Assembly (NCBI GenBank): GCA_032718475.1
Contig: JAUCBJ010007620.1
Coordinates: 156,714-220,713, forward strand
Direction: 5' to 3'
Length of the DNA stretch: 64,000 nucleotides
Origin: Nemertoderma westbladi
Taxonomy: Eukaryota; Animalia; Xenacoelomorpha
The position numbers were made by a program, and so were the translations under genes. Shown one piece after another: positions 38,871-49,574 of this stretch (positions are counted from its first letter, which is position 1; each line of letters starts with the position of its first letter). Below the pieces are notes generated by a model. That model was not told the DNA's origin, did not search any database, and worked only from the letters and a program-made list of their open reading frames with translations.

Positions 38871-41800
38871 AAGTAAGTGAAATCCATTGTCAGACAACAT
38901 GCGACTATTGTAAAGATGGAAAAAGTAAGTGAAATCCATTGTCAGACAACATGCGACTGTTGTAAAGATGGAAAAAGTAAGTGAAAACCATTGTCAGACA
39001 ACATGCGACTATTATAGAGATGGAAAAAGTAAGTGAAATCCATTGTCAGACAACATGCGACTATTGTAAAGATTGAAAAAGTAAGTGAAAACCATTGTCA
39101 GACAACATGCGACTATTATAGAGATGGAAAAAGTAAGTGAAATCCATTGTCAGACAACATGCGACTATTGTAAAGATTGAAAAAGTAAGTGAAATCCATT
39201 GTCAGACAACATGCGACTATTGTAAAGATGGAAAAAGTAATTGAAATCCATTTCAGACAACATGCGACTATTGTAAAGATGGAAAAATTAAGTGAAATCC
39301 ATTGTCAGACAACATGCGACTATTGCAATAATGGAAAAGGTAAGTGAAATCCATTGTCAGACAACATGCGACTATTGCAATAATGGAAAAAGTAAGTGAA
39401 ATCCATTGTCAGACAACATGCGACTATTGTAAAGATGGAAAAAGTAATTGAAATCCATTTCAGACAACATGCGACTATTGTAAAGATGGAAAAATTAAGT
39501 GAAATCCATTGTCAGACAACATGCGACTATTGCAATAATGGAAAAGGTAAGTGAAATCCATTGTCAGACAACATGCGACTATTGCAATAATGGAAAAGGT
39601 AAGTGAAATCCATTGTCAGACAACATGCGACTATTGTAAAGATGGAAAAAGTAAGTGAAATCCATTTCAGACAACATGCGACTATTGTAAAGATGGAAAA
39701 TTAAGTGAAATCCATTGTCAGACAACATGCGACTATTGCAATAATGGAAAAGGTAAGTGAAATCCATTGTCAGACAACATGCGACTATTGCAATAATGGA
39801 AAAGGTAAGTGAAATCCATTGTCAGACAACATGCGACTATTATAGAGATGGAAAAAGTAAGTGAAATCCATTGTCAGACAACATGCGACTATTGTAAAGA
39901 TTGAAAAAGTAAGTGAAATCCATTGTCAGACAACATGCGACTATTGTAAAGATGGAAAAAGTAATTGAAATCCATTTCAGACACATGCGACTATTGTAAA
40001 GATGGAAAAATTAAGTGAAATCCATTGTCAGACAACATGCGACTATTGCAATAATGGAAAAAGTAAGTGAAATCCATTGTCAGACAACATGCGACTATTG
40101 TAAATATGGAAAAAGTAAGTGAAATCCATTGTCAGACAACATGCGACTATTGTAAAGATGGAAAAAGTAAGTGAAATCCATTTCAGACAACATGCGACTA
40201 TTGTAAAGATGGAAAAACTAAGTGAAATCCATTGTCAGACAACATGCGACTATTGTAAAGATGGAAAAAGTAAGTGAAATCATTTCAGACAACATGCGAC
40301 TATTGTAAAGATGGAAAAATTAAGTGAAATCCATTGTCAGACAACATGCAACTATTGCAATAATGGAAAAAGTAAGTGAAATCCATTGTCAGACAACATG
40401 CGACTATTGTAAAGATGGAAAAAGTAAGTGAAATCCATTTCAGACAACATGCGACTATTGTAAAGATGGAAAAAGTAAGTGAAATCCATTGTCAGACAAC
40501 ATGCGACTATTGTAAATATGGAAAAAGTAAGTGAAATCCATTGTCAGACAACATGCGACTATTGCAATAATGGAAAAGGTAAGTGAAATCCATTGTCAGA
40601 CAACATGCGACTATTGCAATAATGGAAAAGGTAAGTGAAATCCATTGTCAGACAACATGCGACTATTGTTAAGATGGAAAAAGTAAGTGAAATCCATTTC
40701 AGACAACATGCGACTATTGTAAAGATGAAAAAATTAAGTGAAATCCATTGTCAGACAACATGCGACTATTGCAATAATGGAAAAGGCAAATGAAATCCAT
40801 TGTCAGACAACATGCGACTATTGCAATAATGGAAAAGGTAAGTGAAATCCATTGTCAGACAACATGCGACTATTATAGAGATGGAAAAAATAAGTGAAAT
40901 CCATTGTCAGACAACATGCGACTATTGTAAAGATTGAAAAAGTAAGTGAAAACCATTGTCAGACAACATGCGACTAATATAGAGATGGAAAAAGTAAGTG
41001 AAATCCATTGTCAGACAACATGCGACTATTGTAAAGATTGAAAAAGTAAGTGAAATCCATTGTCAGACAACATGCGACTATTGTAAAGATGGAAAAAGTA
41101 ATTGAAATCCATTTCAGACAACATGCGACTATTGTAAAGATGGAAAAATTAAGTGAAATCCATTGTCAGACAACATGCGACTATTGCAATAATGGAAAAA
41201 GTAAGTGAAATCCATTGTCAGACAACATGCGACTATTGCAATAATGGAAAAGGTAAGTGAAATCCATTGTCAGACAACATGCGACTATTGTTAAGATGGA
41301 AAAAGTAAGTGAAATCCATTTCAGACAACATGCGACTATTGTAAAGATGGAAAAAGTAAGTGAAAACCATTGTCAGACAACATGCGACTATTTTAAAGAT
41401 GTAAAAAGTAAGTGAAATCCATTGTCAGACAACATACGACTATTGCAATAATGGAAAAGGTAAGTGAAATCCATTGTCAGACAACATGCGACTATTGCAA
41501 TAATGGAAAAGGTAAGTGAAATCCATTGTCAGACAACATGCGACTATTGTAAAGATGGAAAAAGTAAGTGAAATCCATTTCAGACAACATGCGACTATTG
41601 TAAAGATGGAAAAATTAAGTGAAATCCATTGTCAGACAACATGCGACTATTGCAATAATGGAAAAGGTAAGTGAAATCCATTGTCAGACAACATGCGACT
41701 ATTGCAATAATGGAAAAGGTAAGTGAAATCCATTGTCAGACAACATGCGACTATTTTAAAGATGGAACAAGTAAGTGAAATCCATTGTCAGACAACATGC

Positions 41801-44800
41801 GACTATTGTAAAGATGGAAAAAGTAAGTGAAATCCATTTCAGACAATATGCGACTATTGTAAAGATGGAAAAATTAAGTGAAATCCATTGTCAGACAACA
41901 TGCGACTATTGCAATAATGGAAAAAGTAAGTGAAATCCATTGTCAGACAACATGCGACTATTGTAAAGATGGAAAAAGTAAGTGAAATCCATTTCAGACA
42001 ACATGCGACTATTTTAAAGATGGAACAAGTAAGTGAAATCCATTGTCAGACAACATGCGACTATTGTAAAGATGGAAAAAGTAAGTGAAATCCATTTCAG
42101 ACAACATGCGACTATTGTAAAGATGGAAAAATTAAGTGAAATCCATTGTCAGACAACATGCGACTATTGCAATAATGGAAAAAGTAAGTGAAATCCATTG
42201 TCAGACAACATGCGACTATTGTAAAGATGGAAAAAGTAAGTGAAATCCATTTCAGACAACATGCGACTATTGTAAAGATGGAAAAATTAAGTGAAATCCA
42301 TGGTCAGACAACATGCGACTATTGCAATAATGGAAAAATTAAGTGAAATCCATTGTCAGACAACATGCGACTATTGTAAATATGGAAAAAGTAAGTGAAA
42401 TCCATTGTCAGACAACATGCGACTATTGCAATAATGGAAAAGGTAAGTGAAATCCATTGTCAGACAACATGCGACTATTGCAATAATGGAAAAGGTAAGT
42501 GAAATCCATTGTCAGACAACATGCGACTATTGTAAAGATGGAAAAATTAAGTGAAATCCATTGTCAGACAACATGCGACTATTGCAATAATGGAAAAGGT
42601 AAGTGAAATCCATTGTCAGACAACATGCGACTATTGTAAAGATGGAAAAAGTAAGTGAAATCCATTTCAGACAACATGCGACTATTGTAAAGATGGAAAA
42701 ATTAAGTGAAATCCATTGTCAGACAACATGCGACTATTGCAATAATGGAAAAGGTAAGTGAAATCCATTGTCAGACAACATGCGACTATTGCAATAATGG
42801 AAAAGGTAAGTGAAATCCATTGTCAGACAACATGCGACTATTGTAAAGATGGAAAAAGTAAGTGAAATCCATTTCAGACAACATGCGACTATTGTAAAGA
42901 TGGAAAAAGTAAGTGAAATCCATTGTCAGACAACATGCGACTATTGTAAAGATGGAAAAAGTAAGTGAAATCCATTGTCAGACAACATGCGACTATTGCA
43001 ATAATGGAAAAGGTAAGTGAAATCCATTGTCAGACAACATGCGACTATTGTAAAGATGGAAAAAGTAAGTGAAATCCATTGTCAGACAACATGCGACTAT
43101 TGTAAAGATGGAAAAACTAAGTGAAATCCATTGTCAGACAACATGCGACTATTGTAAAGATGGAAAAAGTAAGTGAAATCATTTCAGACAACATGCGACT
43201 ATTGTAAAGATGGAAAAATTAAGTGAAATCCATTGTCAGACAACATGCGACTATTGCAATAATGGAAAAAGTAAGTGAAATCCATTGTCAGACAACATGC
43301 GACTATTGTAAAGATGGAAAAAGTAAGTGAAATCCATTTCAGACAACATGCGACTATTGTAAAGATGGAAAAAGTAAGTGAAATCCATTGTCAGACAACA
43401 TGCGACTATTGTAAATATGGAAAAAGTAAGTGAAATCCATTGTCAGACAACATGCGACTATTGCAATAATGGAAAAGGTAAGTGAAATCCATTGTCAGAC
43501 AACATGCGACTATTGCAATAATGGAAAAGGTAAGTGAAATCCATTGTCAGACAACATGCGACTATTGTTAAGATGGAAAAAGTAAGTGAAAAACATTTCA
43601 GACAACATGCGACTATTGTTAAGATGGAAAAAGTAAGTGAAATCCATTTCAGACAACATGCGACTATTGTAAAGATGAAAAAATTAAGTGAAATCCATTG
43701 TCAGACAACATGCGACTATTGCAATAATGGAAAAGGCAAATGAAATCCATTGTCAGACAACATGCGACTATTGCAATAATGGAAAAGGTAAGTGAAATCC
43801 ATTTTCAGACAACATGCGACTATTATAGAGATGGAAAAAATAAGTGAAATCCATTGTCAGACAACATGCGACTATTGTAAAGATTGAAAAAGTAAGTGAA
43901 AACCATTGTCAGACAACATGCGACTATTATAGAGATGGAAAAAGTAAGTGAAATCCATTGTCAGACAACATGCGACTATTGTAAAGATTGAAAAAGTAAG
44001 TGAAATCCATTGTCAGACAACATGCGACTATTGTAAAGATGGAAAAAGTAATTGAAATCCATTTCAGACAACATGCGACTATTGTAAAGATGGAAAAATT
44101 AAGTGAAATCCATTGTCAGACAACATGCGACTATTGCAATAATGGAAAAAGTAAGTGAAATCCATTGTCAGACAACATGCGACTATTGCAATAATGGAAA
44201 AGGTAAGTGAAATCCATTGTCAGACAACATGCGACTATTGTTAAGATGGAAAAAGTAAGTGAAATCCATTTCAGACAACATGCGACTATTGTAAAGATGG
44301 AAAAAGTAAGTGAAAACCATTGTCAGACAACATGCGACTATTTTAAAGATGTAAAAAGTAAGTGAAATCCATTGTCAGACAACATACGACTATTGCAATA
44401 ATGGAAAAGGTAAGTGAAATCCATTGTCAGACAACATGCGACTATTGCAATAATGGAAAAGGTAAGTGAAATCCATTGTCAGACAACATGCGACTATTGT
44501 AAAGATGGAAAAAGTAAGTGAAATCCATTTCAGACAACATGCGACTATTGTAAAGATGGAAAAATTAAGTGAAATCCATTGTCAGACAACATGCGACTAT
44601 TGCAATAATGGAAAAGGTAAGTGAAATCCATTGTCAGACAACATGCGACTATTGCAATAATGGAAAAGGTAAGTGAAATCCATTGTCAGACAACATGCGA
44701 CTATTTTAAAGATGGAACAAGTAAGTGAAATCCATTGTCAGACAACATGCGACTATTGTAAAGATGGAAAAAGTAAGTGAAATCCATTTCAGACAACATG

Positions 44801-47800
44801 CGACTATTGTAAAGATGGAAAAATTAAGTGAAATCCATTGTCAGACAACATGCGACTATTGCAATAATGGAAAAAGTAAGTGAAATCCATTGTCAGACAA
44901 CATGCGACTATTGTAAAGATGGAAAAAGTAAGTGAAATCCATTTCAGACAACATGCGACTATTTTAAAGATGGAACAAGTAAGTGAAATCCATTGTCAGA
45001 CAACATGCGACTATTGTAAAGATGGAAAAAGTAAGTGAAATCCATTTCAGACAACATGCGACTATTGTAAAGATGGAAAAATTAAGTGAAATCCATTGTC
45101 AGACAACATGCGACTATTGCAATAATGGAAAAAGTAAGTGAAATCCATTGTCAGACAACATGCGACTATTGTAAAGATGGAAAAAGTAAGTGAAATCCAT
45201 TTCAGACAACATGCGACTATTGTAAAGATGGAAAAATTAAGTGAAATCCATTGTCAGACAACATGCGACTATTGCAATAATGGAAAAATTAAGTGAAATC
45301 CATTGTCAGACAACATGCGACTATTGTAAATATGGAAAAAGTAAGTGAAATCCATTGTCAGACAACATGCGACTATTGCAATAATGGAAAAGGTAAGTGA
45401 AATCCATTGTCAGACAACATGCGACTATTGCAATAATGGAAAAGGTAAGTGAAATCCATTGTCAGACAACATGCGACTATTGTAAAGATGGAAAAAGTAA
45501 GTGAAATCCATTTCAGACAACATGCGACTATTGTAAAGATGGAAAAATTAAGTGAAATCCATTGTCAGACAACATGCGACTATTGCAATAATGGAAAAGG
45601 TAAGTGAAATCCATTGTCAGACAACATGCGACTATTGCAATAATGGAAAAGGTAAGTGAAATCCATTGTCAGACAACATGCGACTATTGTAAAGATGGAA
45701 AAAGTAAGTGAAATCCATTTCAGACAACATGCGACTATTGTAAAGATGGAAAAAGTAAGTGAAATCCATTGTCAGACAACATGCGACTATTGTAAAGATG
45801 GAAAAAGTAAGTGAAATCCATTGTCAGACAACATGCGACTATTGTAAAGATGGAAAAAGTAAGTGAAATCCATTGTCAGACAACATGCGACTATTGCAAT
45901 AATGGAAAAGGTAAGTGAAATCCATTGTCAGACAACATGCGACTATTGTAAAGATGGAAAAAGTAAGTGAAATCCATTGTCAGACAACATGCGACTATTG
46001 CAATAATGGAAAAGGTAAGTGAAATCCATTGTCAGACAACATGCGACTATTGTAAAGATGGAAAAAGTAAGTGAAATCCATTTCAGACAACATGCGACTA
46101 TTGTAAAGATGGAAAAAGTAAGTGAAATCCATTGTCAGACAACATGCGACTATTGCAATAATGGAAAAGGTAAGTGAAATCCATTGTCAGACAACATGCG
46201 ACTATTGTAAAGATGGAAAAAGTAAGTGAAATCCATTGTCAGACAACATGCGACTATTGCAATAATGGAAAAAGTAAGTGAAACCCATTGTCAGCCAACA
46301 TGCGACTATTTTAAAGATGGAAAAAGTAAGTGAAATCCATTGTCAGACAACATGCGTCTATTGTAAAGATGGAAAAAGTAAGTGAAATCCATTGTCAGAC
46401 AACATGCGACTATTTTAAAGATGGAAAAAGTAAGTGAAATCCATTGTCAGACAACATGCGACTATTGTAAAGATGGAAAAAGTAAGTGAAATCCATTGTC
46501 AGACAACATGCGACTATTGTAAAGATGGAAAAAGTAAGTGAAATCCATTGTCAGACAACATGCGACTATTGCAATAATGGAAAAAGTAAGTGAAACCCAT
46601 TGTCAGCCAACATGCGACTATTTTAAAGACGGAAAAAGTAAGTGAAATCCATTGTCAGACAACATGCGTCTATTGTAAAGATGGAAAAAGTAAGTGAAAT
46701 CCATTGTCAGACAACATGCGACTATTTTAAAGATGGAAAAAGTAAGTGAAATCCATTGTCAGACATCATGCGTCTATTGTAAAGATTGAAAAAGTAAGTG
46801 AAATCCATTGTCAGACAACATGCGACTATTGTAAAGATGGAAAAATTAAGTGAAATCCATTGTCAGACAACATGCGACTATTGTAAAGATGGAAAAATTA
46901 AGTGAAATCCATTGTCAGACAACATGCGACTATTGCAATAATGGAAAAAGTAAGTGAAACCCATTGTCAGCCAACATGCGACTATTTTAAAGATGGAAAA
47001 AGTAAGTGAAATCCATTGTCAGACAACATGCGACTATTTTAAAGATGGAAAAAGTAAGTGAAATCCATTGTCAGACAACATGCGACTATTTTAAAGATGT
47101 AAAAAGTAAGTGAAATCCATTGTCAGACATCATGCGTCTATAGTAAAGATTGAAAAAGTAAGTGAAATCCATTGTCAGACAACATGCGACTATTGTAGAG
47201 ATGGAAAAAGTAAGTGAAATCCATTGTCAGACAACATGCGACTATTTTAAAGATGGAAAAAGTAAGTGAAATCCATTGTCAGACAACATGCGACTATTTT
47301 AAAGATGTAAAAAGTAAGTGAAATCCATTGTCAGACATCATGCGTCTATTGTAAAGATTGAAAAAGTAAGTGAAATCCATTGTCAGACAACATGCGACTA
47401 TTGTAGAGATGGAAAAAGTAAGTGAAATCCATTGTCAGACAACATGCGTCTATTGTAAACATTGAAAAAGTAAGTGAAATCCATTGTCAGACAACATGCG
47501 ACTATTGTAGAGATGGAAAAAGTAAGTGAAATCCATTGTCAGACAACATGCGACTATTGCAATAATGGAAAAGGTAAGTGAAATCCATTGTCAGACAACA
47601 TGCGACTATTGCAATAATGGAAAAGGTAAGTGAAATCCATGGTCAGACAACATGCGACTATTGTAAAGATGGAAAACCTAAGTGAAATCCATTGTCAGAC
47701 AACATGCGACTATTGTAAAGATGGAAAAAGGAAAAAGTAAGTAAAATCCATTGTCAGACAACATGTGACTATTGTAAAGATGGAAAAAGTAAGTTAAAAC

Positions 47801-47861
47801 ATGAACAGTAGGAAACTAGTATATACCCGGAATTGCAGCAGAATGCTCTTAATAGTGTTAA

Positions 47862-48046
47862 CCCTTGCGTACCAACACTTAAAGGCGGCAGTATGCAGCC
47901 TTTGTGGGTAGGATAATTAGTAATATTGTTATCCTTTTTATATAAAAATATTTGGTACGATAAGTAAATAAACCTTGGTCTAAACACATTTTTTTTGGTC
48001 AGTGTGGGAGGAAAAATTTATGTAATTTATCTTTGGTGTACAAGGG
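47862..48046. mobile_element. piggyBac-type non-autonomous element (MITE), 185 bp
   Basis: TTAA at 47858-47861 and 48047-48050. Termini CCCTTGCGTACCAA / TTGGTGTACAAGGG form an imperfect TIR starting CCC. Confidence 0.8.
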
Positions 48047-48873
48047 TTAATATTTGAAACTAGTTTAATAACATAAGAAATTATTATTTGATGTTAAATT
48101 CGTTAATATTTTTACACAGCGCATGGCCCACTGTTCTTATGTTATAAACTCGATTCTATATTACAAATATTTGCACCATCTACAATATGCTAAATTTTAA
48201 AACAAAATATTCTAGAAAAAATTAGCTAAGTATTAAAAAAATATGTGCTAGAATGTAGTTTAACAAACGCGAAATCGCGCAAAGGTGCGCGTCTACATCG
48301 CAAGAGCAACTGTCTCCTTGAATGGCTTGCTACCAATCTTACAACCAAAAAACATTCACCAGAATTGGGGATTTTTAGTATTATAAAACATAGTTTTTAA
48401 ATCCCACGTTAATAATTTTATGTAATATTGTATGTTGTATTTGTTATAAATGATATAATTAGATCCTATTTTAAAGTCGGCGTGAAATACGCTGTGAAAT
48501 AAACTCAATTATGGGCTATAGGGTGCTTGCTATATATCACGGCTTGAAATAAAGTAACACTATTCTTTCAGTATGATTGCACCGTATTCTACGGTCACTC
48601 TAAGGTAGGTACAGTAGATCCTCATCACAGATGCAATCAGCACAAGATACATATGTCTTTACCGGTAGGCCTACACACCGCATACGGAACCGATGTCACT
48701 CATTCTGTCACTGCCTACATTTAGCAGGCCTACTTATGCATAAGTTGTTCCCTGCACCGGTATAATAATATATGAATATACCTAGCATACCGTAGGCCTA
48801 CAGCCACATGAAAGTGGCTATTTTACACTTTTACTTATTGGATTTACTGGTTAATTTTTTGGTTCGGGTTGGT

Positions 48874-49016
48874 TGGTGATTCTCAAACCCTAATTAAAAC
48901 TGTCACGTATCCCGAACCCTAAGTCATGAGGCTCTAATCTAAGAGATTTTGTGGAATTTCGGACCTCTCTTAGGGTTAGGGTACATGACAATTTGAATTA
49001 GGGTTTCGGACCACCA
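48874..49016. mobile_element. Fold-back/MITE-like element with ~55-bp imperfect inverted arms containing CCCTAA/TTAGGG motifs
   Basis: Left arm TGGTGATTCTCAAACCCTAATTAAAACTGTCACGTATCCCGAACCCTAAG matches the reverse complement of right arm CTTAGGGTTAGGGTACATGACAATTTGAATTAGGGTTTCGGACCACCA. Confidence 0.7.
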
Positions 49017-49198
49017 CTATCGAAATTTGGGGCGAAAATGACCGCGGGGAGAGGGCATTCCTCGCGATGGGCATTTTTTGCCTGTGACACCAGTAGCTAT
49101 ATGAGGATGAGCCTAACTATTGAACAAGTAAAGCACTCAAAATAATATCTTAATAATAATATACCGCCTATGTACTGTAGCTTAACATTAGGCTAGCC

Positions 49199-49261
49199 CA
49201 TGGAATACTAAATATACATTCTATTTATATATACATTCTACTCTATATTTAGTATTCCATG
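49199..49261. mobile_element. Tiny hairpin MITE with CATGG termini
   Basis: Perfect inverted repeat CATGGAATACTAAATATA / TATATTTAGTATTCCATG, flanked by near-direct repeats GCTAGCC / GCTAACC (possible 7-bp TSD). Confidence 0.65.
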
Positions 49262-49442
49262 GCTAACCTTATATTTACAGTTTGTGAAATTCTGCAACAT
49301 CTAAACCTAAACCAAGTATTGTATTGTAGATATTTAACCATACTCTTAAAAAAATTAAAAATAAAAGTTAATTTAAAAATCTAAATATGTAAAATCTAAA
49401 TATGCTTTGATTTTTACTGAGTATTATTTATTTTGTAAATAG

Positions 49443-49574
49443 CTTGCGTTCAACGAAAAGATTCGATTGATATGTGTATCGATTTAGCGGAAAGAGGAGA
49501 ATGTGAGAAGAACCCAATTTACATGTACACTCACTGCCAAACCTCTTGTGATCATTGTACGGATGGCCATAAAG
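49443..49574 (+). CDS. Internal coding exon encoding one ShKT (ShK toxin-like) domain
   Basis: Pyrimidine-rich acceptor TTTTATTTTGTAAATAG, 132-nt symmetric phase-1 exon, donor AAG|GTGGGT. Translation CVQRKDSIDMCIDLAERGECEKNPIYMYTHCQTSCDHCTDGHK has the six-Cys ShKT pattern with the A..GEC..NP.YM...C..SC..C signature. Confidence 0.88.

Larger units (their letters stand above)
6519..47800 (+). repeat. 52-bp tandem satellite, main segment (about 790-800 monomers)
   Basis: Same consensus throughout in a single orientation. It ends abruptly at ...GATGGAAAAAGTAAGTTAAAACATGAACAG (~47800), where unique sequence starts. Confidence 0.99.

Noticed and set aside
12808-39767. Repeated minus-strand ORFs MDFTYFFHLYNSRMLSDNGFHL...
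   Set aside because: These are by-products of translating the satellite where indels skip stops. They are useful only as period markers.
43534-43743. 69-aa plus-strand ORF in the satellite
   Set aside because: Chance open frame through consecutive 51-nt monomers. Its tail IHCQTTCDYCNNGK does show the ShKT-like frame, but it is not a gene.
1-47800. CRISPR array (constant ~33-nt part alternating with a more variable ~19-nt part)
   Set aside because: The variable parts are point variants of one sequence, not unique spacers. There are no cas genes and the context is eukaryotic.
48572-48604. 33-nt candidate micro-exon (TTCTTTCAG|...AAG|GTAGGT)
   Set aside because: Splice signals are good, but in phase 1 (needed to join ShKT exons) it reads straight into TGA. 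It is unsupported as coding, though a poison exon cannot be excluded.
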